Assembly: GCA_037445735.1 (NCBI GenBank)
Contig: JBBIJY010000016.1
Span: 54,402-66,696, forward strand
Source: Armatimonadota bacterium
Lineage (GTDB): Bacteria; Armatimonadota; Fimbriimonadia; Fimbriimonadales; GBS-DC
DNA length: 12,295 nucleotides
Direction: 5' to 3'
Each line of letters opens with the position of its first letter. Positions within the stretch are counted from its first letter, which is position 1. The translations under genes and the position numbers were made by a program. Positions 6,944 to 12,295 of the stretch are shown here, piece by piece. Under the pieces are notes generated by a model. The model made no database searches and was not told the origin of the DNA. It saw nothing but the letters and a program-made list of their open reading frames with translations.

Positions 6944-8161
6944 CTACAGAGTGGCGGACTCGGCGGCGTTCAGCGGCACGCCCTCTAACAGCTTGCCTGC
7001 CAGCCAGCGGGCGTCCGCCACGCGAATATCCTCGGGCACGCGCTGACCCGTGGTGAAGTAAGCAATCGGCAGCGGATGGCGCATGCAGAGATTGACACAG
7101 TTGCCGAATCGCACCGCCTCGTCCACTTTGGTCCATATCAGCGCTTCGGGGTCAAAGATTCGGAAGCGCATGAACGACTCTTCCAGCACGGCGGTATCGG
7201 CGGTGGCGCTCAGCACCAGATAGACCTGCGCGTTCAGCGGCGCGAGCGCGGCGTGCAGGGCGTTCAGGTGTGCCTCGTCGCGCTGGCTGCGCCCCACCGT
7301 GTCGATCAGCACCAGCTCGGCGTTCCGAAACAGCTCCAGTCCCTCCCGCGCTTCGTCAGCGGTGGTCGCCACATGCAGCGGCAGGTTCATGATGCCCGCG
7401 TAGGTGCGCAACTGTTCAATTGCGCCGATTCGGTAGGTGTCCAGCGAGAGCAGCGCCACCGCGCGGTTGTGATCGAGCGCGTGGATGGCTGCCAGCTTGG
7501 CAATGGTGGTGGTCTTGCCGACGCCGGTGGGACCGACGAGCGCGATAATCTGGCGGGCGTGGCTGTCGCGGGCGATCGCACCGCCGATGGGGATTCGGGC
7601 AATCAGCGTGCGCTGGAGCGCGTCGACGGCGGCGTTCTGGGGCAAGCGCGGCACGCGACGCAGCAGCTCGCGGGCGATCTCCGGTTCCACGCCCGCTTTG
7701 AGCAGCGGACGCCACAGCGGATGCTCGTCGCCGATGTTCGCCACTGCAGTGGCGAGTGTGGGTGGCGGCTCCTCGCCCATCATGTGCGCGTACATCGCCT
7801 GTACCAGCGAGCGGATCTCCTGCACTTCACGCTCCAGCTGGCGCACCCGCCCCTGCAACGGGTCATACTGCTCCATGCCCTTCGGCTCCACACCGCCTGC
7901 GCGCGGCGGCGGCTCACTGCTCGATTCGGCGCGAGCGCCGCGCGAGCGACCCCTGCCCGACCGGGGCGCCGCACCCGTTTCAACGGTCGGCTCCGACTCC
8001 TCCACACCCGCAACAATCTCCACCATCGGCTTGCGGCGGAACAGCCCGCCCCGATGAACCACCCGCTCGCTCAAAATAACCGCGTTCGGTCCCAGCTCCT
8101 GGCGCATCTTCAGCAGCGCTTCCAGCTTCGTCGGTGCCAGATAAGTCCTGACCTGCATCAT
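6944..8161 (-). CDS. flhF: Flagellar biosynthesis SRP-family GTPase FlhF
   Basis: FlhF N-terminus MQVRTY...EALLKMRQELGPNAVILSER, GPTGVGKTTTIAKLAA, DTYRIGAIEQL, DTVGRS, TKVDE, TTGQRVPEDI. Start is ATG 8161 or 8158; the longer ORF-track start overlaps the divergent gene. Confidence 0.93.
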   Translation of the reverse strand: MMQVRTYLAPTKLEALLKMRQELGPNAVILSERVVHRGGLFRRKPMVEIVAGVEESEPTVETGAAPRSGRGRSRGARAESSSEPPPRAGGVEPKGMEQYDPLQGRVRQLEREVQEIRSLVQAMYAHMMGEEPPPTLATAVANIGDEHPLWRPLLKAGVEPEIARELLRRVPRLPQNAAVDALQRTLIARIPIGGAIARDSHARQIIALVGPTGVGKTTTIAKLAAIHALDHNRAVALLSLDTYRIGAIEQLRTYAGIMNLPLHVATTADEAREGLELFRNAELVLIDTVGRSQRDEAHLNALHAALAPLNAQVYLVLSATADTAVLEESFMRFRIFDPEALIWTKVDEAVRFGNCVNLCMRHPLPIAYFTTGQRVPEDIRVADARWLAGKLLEGVPLNAAESATL

Positions 8162-8178
8162 CAACAATCCCCGTATAA

Positions 8179-8206
8179 ATATCGGCAGTTGCGCCCGATT
8201 TCTGGA
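8179..8206 (-). promoter_or_regulatory. Candidate sigma-28 (FliA/SigD) promoter for flhF
   Basis: Minus strand reads TCCAG-N15-GCCGATAT, 17 nt upstream of the ATG. The -10 matches the sigma-28 consensus GCCGATAW; the -35 is imperfect. Confidence 0.5.
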
Positions 8207-8290
8207 GCGTGGGAACCGTTGCGAGAGTTGTTCGTTCTCCATTAAACGCGCAGCCACCCGAAACGGCTGCAGCAAAGGAGGTCGATGACT

Positions 8291-8788
8291 ATGCGATACG
8301 GGGCGACTCTGATACTGTGCATGGCAATCGCGGTCGCCGTGCTGGCAAGCACGCGCGAGGTGGAGGTCGGACCGAACTTCCAGAACAGTTTCCGCGACAC
8401 CTATACGGGCACCAGAGACACCATTATCGATGTGGGCGACAGCGTGCGCTGGGTCTGGCGCAGTGGCTATCACACCACCACCTCCTACGATAACCTCTGG
8501 GACGCGGAGATCAGCTCGGTTCAGCGCACCTTCACCTACACTTTCAATCAGCCCGGCGTGTATGAGTATTACTGCATTCTACATGAGTTCATCGGGATGA
8601 CGGGCGTGATACGGGTGCGGCGGCAGGGCGATGTCGATTTCAGCGGTTGCGTCGATGATGCCGACCTGTTGAGCGTGCTGTTCAACTTTGGCGCGACGGG
8701 CGCCCGACCTGAAGATGTGAACTACGATCGGGTGGTGGACGACGCGGACCTGCTGATTGTGTTGTTCAACTTCGGACAGGGCTGTTAA
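8291..8788 (+). CDS. Secreted cupredoxin (plastocyanin/azurin-like) with C-terminal dockerin-like double EF-hand tag
   Basis: Signal peptide; VGDSVRWVW..GYHTTTS and YEYYCILHEFIGMTG supply the His/Cys/His/Met type-1 copper ligands; C-terminal GDVDFSGCVDDADLL...DVNYDRVVDDADLL...FGQGC. AAAGGAGG spacing favours ATG 8291 over 8285. Confidence 0.88.
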   Translation: MRYGATLILCMAIAVAVLASTREVEVGPNFQNSFRDTYTGTRDTIIDVGDSVRWVWRSGYHTTTSYDNLWDAEISSVQRTFTYTFNQPGVYEYYCILHEFIGMTGVIRVRRQGDVDFSGCVDDADLLSVLFNFGATGARPEDVNYDRVVDDADLLIVLFNFGQGC

Positions 8789-8797
8789 GCCTCTACC

Positions 8798-8898
8798 CCT
8801 CCTTCAGGTTCCCCATGCCTGCAGAGGGAACCGGGTTGGGGTTTCGCGCTAACCGATGCGGTTCCCCTCACGCAGTGGGGGGAACCTGAGGATGGAGG
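8798..8898. repeat. REP-like doublet: two GGTTCCC...GGGAACC hairpins arranged as one larger inverted repeat; possible terminator role
   Basis: tcaggttcccc-atgcctgcaga-gggaaccg (about 8804-8833) and cggttcccct-cacgcagt-ggggggaacctga (about 8859-8889), with flanking cctcc/ggagg. Confidence 0.8.
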
Positions 8899-8962
8899 CA
8901 TCCAGCCACAACGGTTGGCTGGTGTGTTTGGATTTTGAACCCAATGACTGTACCCTTGCCAG

Positions 8963-9112
8963 CTCTCCCCTCCGGGGAGAGGGTTGGGGTGAGGGGTTTC
9001 TCACGGGCGTGCAGTGCATAGCCCCCTCACCCGTACCCTCTCCCCCGCTGGGGGAGAGGGAGGTAGAAACCCCCTCGCCCACAGCGTGGGAAAGGGGGCA
9101 CAGAGGCGAGGG
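8963..9112. repeat. Three CCCTCTCCC...GGGAGAGGG-type palindromic REP-like units in alternating orientation
   Basis: Units at about 8963-8996 (+), 9022-9061 (-) and a degenerate 9070-9112 (+), each a hairpin plus a GGGGTGAGGG-like tail. Confidence 0.85.
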
Positions 9113-9517
9113 CTAACACCCTGCACCAAAGTTGAACAACACCACCAGCAGGTCGGCATCGTCCACCACCGCATCACAGTTCACATCGGCTGGATTGGAA
9201 CCCGTCGCCCCAAACGCAAACAACACCTGCAACAGGTCCGCATCATCCACGCAGCCGTTGCCATCCACATCCCCATTCGTCGGCACACAGCCCACCGCAA
9301 ACCAGAAGCCGCCCGTGAGGCTGTAAGTGCCGCCTGTGAGGGTGTTGCTCGCGTCGGGTTGACCGACGGTGCCGCCCAGGTTGAAGTTGCCGCCGGTGGC
9401 GAAGGTGATGCCGCCGCCGTCTATTGTCCACCAGCTGAGGTCGTAGCCGCCGCCCGACTGGGCGCAGGCGACGCCGATCAGCGTTGTGAGTAGCACGCTT
9501 GTCATCAGTGTTCTCAT
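9113..9517 (-). CDS. Small secreted protein: Gly-rich 'YDLSWWTIDGGG...GQPDA...GGFW' domain plus dockerin-like tag
   Basis: AGAAGGAGG RBS, ATGA overlap with the upstream gene, signal peptide ending ACA-Q, and a 53-aa C-terminal tag identical at 42/53 positions to that of the cupredoxin. Confidence 0.88.
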   Translation of the reverse strand: MRTLMTSVLLTTLIGVACAQSGGGYDLSWWTIDGGGITFATGGNFNLGGTVGQPDASNTLTGGTYSLTGGFWFAVGCVPTNGDVDGNGCVDDADLLQVLFAFGATGSNPADVNCDAVVDDADLLVVLFNFGAGC

Positions 9518-11241
9518 GGATTTGCCTCCTTCTGTCGAGCTTTACGCTCCTCGATGGACTTCAGCCGCGCTTGCCACGCCTGCGCAGGGTCTTCGCCTGC
9601 GGTCAGGACTTCATCCCACGGGCGGTACACCCGAAAGTCGCGATGGTCTTTGCGCACGGCTTCCACGCGCCAGTCAAACTCGTAGTTGCCGCGCCCGTTC
9701 AGCAGTTCTACAACCTCAATCCCATCTAAGCTCACACGCACAGCGGCTAACCCGCGCGATTCGGCGGAGCGTGGGGTCAGCTGCACGGTCATGCCCTGTT
9801 CGTCGGCGAGTTTGCGGAAGTGGTCGGGCAGTTCGATGCGGGCGCGCCCGTTGACCAGTCGCGCCGTGCCGCGCACATACATCGCGAGTTCGGGACCTTC
9901 GATACAGCCGTACCAGATGTCGCGCGTGGGGTCGTCAGGGTCTGGCTCGCGGAAGCTTTTCTGAGTTGTGAAGAGAACCCCGTCGCCGTTGCTGTTGACA
10001 TAGATTCCAGCCTTCGCAGTACCGCTACTGTCATACACACCTACAGCGCCGTGGTTCGGGTAGCCACTCGTCCAAGTCATGCGTGCATTAAGACTGCCGT
10101 TTGCTCCTAAAGTCTCGACGACCCCGACATACGACCCGCTGCCCGCACCCTCAACCCGGGCCAGCACGCGACTCCAGTTCGGGTCTGTGCTGCCTCCGAG
10201 CGTAAAGGTGTTGCCCCCGACATGCAGGTTGCCGTATGTACGGAGCGTGCCCGAAATGGTCATGTTGTCCCACACACCAATCGTGCCATCGCCCGGAATC
10301 TCCAGCGTGGCGGCGTTCGCCTGCCCCTGCCCCAGCAGGCTGCCTGGCAGCACCTGGAACGTGGTGTTGTTGTTCGTGAAAAAGGCGTCGCCGCTTACAT
10401 GCAGGCGCGCCTGTGGGCTGCTTGTGCCGATCCCTACATTCCCGTTGCCCTGAAAAGTTACGATCTCATTGCCGTTCGGCGCGTCCAGAAACGAGAAGCG
10501 GTTGCTTGGGCTGGGCAGGTGAATGCGAAACTGCGCGGGTCCCACGCCAAAGCCCATCACGCCCGATGTGCCCCCATCCCAGATCGCAAGCTTGGTGTTG
10601 GCGTTATCGCCCCCCAGCGACAGGCGCACCGACGGACTGCCCGTGCCTATCCCGACATTGCCGTTGAAGTAGGCGGTTCCCTGCACATGCAGCTTCGCGC
10701 TGGGACTGCTCGTGCCTATCCCCACATTCCCGGAGAAGTAGCCACGACCCACAAAGTAGCCCGCATAACCATTCGGACTCGAAACCTGCCCGTACACCCC
10801 GTAGGTCGTGCCACTGGTCGCGCGCGCCCAGCCGAATACACCCGTGCCCGCCACACTGTCGCTCAACCCGTACACGCCAAACGAGGCGCCTGTCGTGGAG
10901 AGCGCATAGCCCAGCACCCCGCGCGCCTGCGGACCCTGCGCCTCAAACCGCGCCCCATAGGTGAAGCCACTGGTCGCCAGCGACCTGCCGAAGATGGCGG
11001 GTCCGGGGGCGACCGTTTGCACGAAGAGCGCAGGCTGGGTGGCGCTGCCATTGGCAAGGAAGAGCTTGATGGCAGCGCCGGTGCCGTTCTGGGTGAGCTG
11101 GAAGAGATAGGTGCTGTTGTTGCCGGACCCTGTGTAGGGCAGGTTCAGCTGGGCGGAGAGGGTTGAAGAGCCGATAAGCGTCCATACGAGCGCGCTCGCG
11201 AGGCGGCGCGCTGAACTGTGCCATTGCACTGTCCGTTGCAT
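9514..11241 (-). CDS. Secreted phage-tail-fibre-like beta-repeat protein with putative C-terminal chaperone-like domain
   Basis: Start reassigned to ATG 11241 (GGAGG 8 nt upstream). Probable signal peptide ending TLSA-Q, GV(Y/F/L)G repeats, three GNVGIGTxSP repeats, and a C-terminal KSF..PDP.DP...IEGPE..YVRG.A.L.NG.A.I.LP..F...VQLTP...FDW.V.A.RK domain of the kind seen at the end of fibre/tail-like proteins. Confidence 0.75.
   Translation of the reverse strand: MQRTVQWHSSARRLASALVWTLIGSSTLSAQLNLPYTGSGNNSTYLFQLTQNGTGAAIKLFLANGSATQPALFVQTVAPGPAIFGRSLATSGFTYGARFEAQGPQARGVLGYALSTTGASFGVYGLSDSVAGTGVFGWARATSGTTYGVYGQVSSPNGYAGYFVGRGYFSGNVGIGTSSPSAKLHVQGTAYFNGNVGIGTGSPSVRLSLGGDNANTKLAIWDGGTSGVMGFGVGPAQFRIHLPSPSNRFSFLDAPNGNEIVTFQGNGNVGIGTSSPQARLHVSGDAFFTNNNTTFQVLPGSLLGQGQANAATLEIPGDGTIGVWDNMTISGTLRTYGNLHVGGNTFTLGGSTDPNWSRVLARVEGAGSGSYVGVVETLGANGSLNARMTWTSGYPNHGAVGVYDSSGTAKAGIYVNSNGDGVLFTTQKSFREPDPDDPTRDIWYGCIEGPELAMYVRGTARLVNGRARIELPDHFRKLADEQGMTVQLTPRSAESRGLAAVRVSLDGIEVVELLNGRGNYEFDWRVEAVRKDHRDFRVYRPWDEVLTAGEDPAQAWQARLKSIEERKARQKEANP
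10414..10740 (-). repeat. Three intragenic GNVGIGTxSP repeats
   Basis: Copies at about 10702-10740, 10633-10671 and 10414-10443. The first two are 69 bp apart and similar at the DNA level (aatgtSgggataggcacgRgcagtcc). Confidence 0.9.
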
Positions 11242-11262
11242 GATGGTTGCCTCCATGCCTGC

Positions 11263-11268
11263 ACTATA
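11263..11268 (-). promoter_or_regulatory. Candidate -10 box (TATAGT) for the fibre gene
   Basis: TATAGT lies just upstream of the GGAGG RBS in a GC-rich background; no clear -35. Confidence 0.35.
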
Positions 11269-11317
11269 CACCATGCTGGCGCGTATGCACGAAATTTGCG
11301 GAAAAATGCAACACCTC

Positions 11318-11347
11318 TGGCGTGCGGAAGCCCGCTTCCGCACGCCA
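11318..11347. repeat. REP-like perfect palindrome, copy 1
   Basis: tggcgtgcggaagc-cc-gcttccgcacgcca, 14-bp arms. Confidence 0.9.
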
Positions 11348-11409
11348 TATTAGCAGGTCGGGAATGGGTTCCCCCGCGCGGGGCGTCCCGTGGGCGCTCC
11401 CGCAACACC

Positions 11410-12216
11410 TCACCGTTCGGGGTTGTAGCGATGAATCAGGTTCACCGCCTCTGTCTCCACCTGGCGCAGCCAGTTCACATCGCCGATGGTGGGCGAGGCT
11501 TCCACCAGCAACGACCACCAGTAGTTATCCTCCACCTGCCCCGTGATGCGCGTGCGCAGCGTCTGCCAGATTTTGGTCCACCGCGCGTGGTGGTCGGCGT
11601 AGATGATGTTCATGCCCTTGTTGTGCCGCCACATATCTGCGCCGTAGAGCGACCACCAGCCCAGATCAGGGCAGGTCCACCATGTCTCGAAGTAGCCTAC
11701 GGTCTGCGCGGGGCGCGGGATTTGCGCCAGGTCGCGCCCGTTCCACCAGCCGTCGGGACTGAGCGTCAGCGCGTAGTTCACGGCGTAGCCCGCTGCGCCG
11801 CGCGGGTCGCCACTGGGGTAATACTCGTTGCGCAGGGCATACGGGTCGCCGTACGAACGATTCGGGTTGGAGGGGCATATCAGCACAGTGGTATTGCGCA
11901 TATAGGGCTTGAACAGGTCGTACCAGTGGAAGAAGGCGGGGGCGTTCGCAGGCTGTCCCCAGGTGTTGTTAAAGCATGCCCAGCGCGCGCCCTCGATCTG
12001 GCGACTGGCGATGGGCACGCGGTTCGGGGGCGTGCGCTCGGTAAAGTCCTGCGCGTACATCTGGAACGCCAGCCCCACCTGCTTGGTATTGTTCAGGCAG
12101 TGCGTCTGGCGCGCCTTCTCACGCGCCTGCGCAAACACAGGGAACAATATCGCCGCCAGAATGGCGATGATCGCAATCACGACCAGCAGCTCAATCAGTG
12201 TGAAGCCTCTGCGCAT
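11410..12216 (-). CDS. Prepilin-type N-terminal cleavage/methylation protein, DUF1559-like with H-X9-DG-like motif
   Basis: [72 protein letters not shown] and [20 protein letters not shown] 12216 lies 9 nt after GGAGG. Confidence 0.93.
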   Translation of the reverse strand: MRRGFTLIELLVVIAIIAILAAILFPVFAQAREKARQTHCLNNTKQVGLAFQMYAQDFTERTPPNRVPIASRQIEGARWACFNNTWGQPANAPAFFHWYDLFKPYMRNTTVLICPSNPNRSYGDPYALRNEYYPSGDPRGAAGYAVNYALTLSPDGWWNGRDLAQIPRPAQTVGYFETWWTCPDLGWWSLYGADMWRHNKGMNIIYADHHARWTKIWQTLRTRITGQVEDNYWWSLLVEASPTIGDVNWLRQVETEAVNLIHRYNPER

Positions 12217-12240
12217 CGTCAATCACCTCCGGGATGTTTC

Positions 12241-12269
12241 GGAGTGCGGAAGCCGCGCTTCCGCACTCC
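12241..12269. repeat. REP-like perfect palindrome, copy 2
   Basis: ggagtgcggaagc-cgc-gcttccgcactcc, 13-bp arms; same family as 11318-11347. Confidence 0.9.
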
Positions 12270-12295
12270 CGATTAACAACCACTACCGAAGTTGA

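Noticed and set aside
251-8245. Long plus-strand ORFs (e.g. 251-880, 513-1370, 3080-3712, 4659-5720, 7076-8245)
   Set aside because: Antisense shadows of well-supported minus-strand genes in GC-rich DNA, with no recognisable motifs.
8250-8270. GCAGCC-N9-GGCTGC hairpin before the cupredoxin RBS, resembling GCAGCCCGCGAAACGG upstream of pilM
   Set aside because: Short, gapped, GC-rich match seen only twice and at non-equivalent positions; not distinguishable from chance.
8798-9112. Possible CRISPR array
   Set aside because: Units alternate in orientation, are degenerate and lack regular unique spacers; no cas genes are in the window.
8849-9116. Short ORFs in the intergenic repeat region
   Set aside because: Translations such as SPLRGEGWGEG and PSPPLGERE are just the palindromic repeats read through.
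8627-9274. The two tag-coding regions as terminal inverted repeats of a mobile or invertible element
   Set aside because: The inverted similarity is explained by convergent genes sharing a protein domain; synonymous positions are diverged and no recombinase is present.
9514-11241. Prophage remnant
   Set aside because: No integrase, capsid, baseplate or other phage genes nearby, and the fibre appears to carry a signal peptide.
10222-12276. Plus-strand ORFs 10222-11166 and 11218-12276
   Set aside because: Antisense to the fibre and prepilin genes; no protein-like features, and the second runs through REP palindromes.

Overview
GC-rich bacterial window, mostly coding on the minus strand. The lineage is probably Armatimonadota, an inference from the 'GDVDxxGCVDDADLL' C-terminal tags, the DUF1559-type prepilin and the Gly/Pro-tailed Pil proteins. 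Reading right to left: a DUF1559-type prepilin-like gene flanked by two copies of one REP-like palindrome; a secreted phage-tail-fibre-like protein translationally coupled to a small secreted protein with a dockerin-like tag; a cluster of palindromic repeats; a plus-strand cupredoxin with the same tag; then a minus-strand run flhF - mutS2 - pilM - pilN - pilO - pilP-like - secretin-N-domain gene (truncated at the left edge). The most unusual signals are (1) the fibre plus tagged-partner pair and the shared disulfide-closed tag, a candidate surface-display system, (2) a type IV pilus alignment complex in which every subunit has Gly/Pro low-complexity segments, three subunits end in -GI and the PilQ-position protein runs into a GGF repeat, (3) an orphan flhF, and (4) a structured, possibly switchable pilM leader. 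All calls are by-eye motif recognition; no searches were run.
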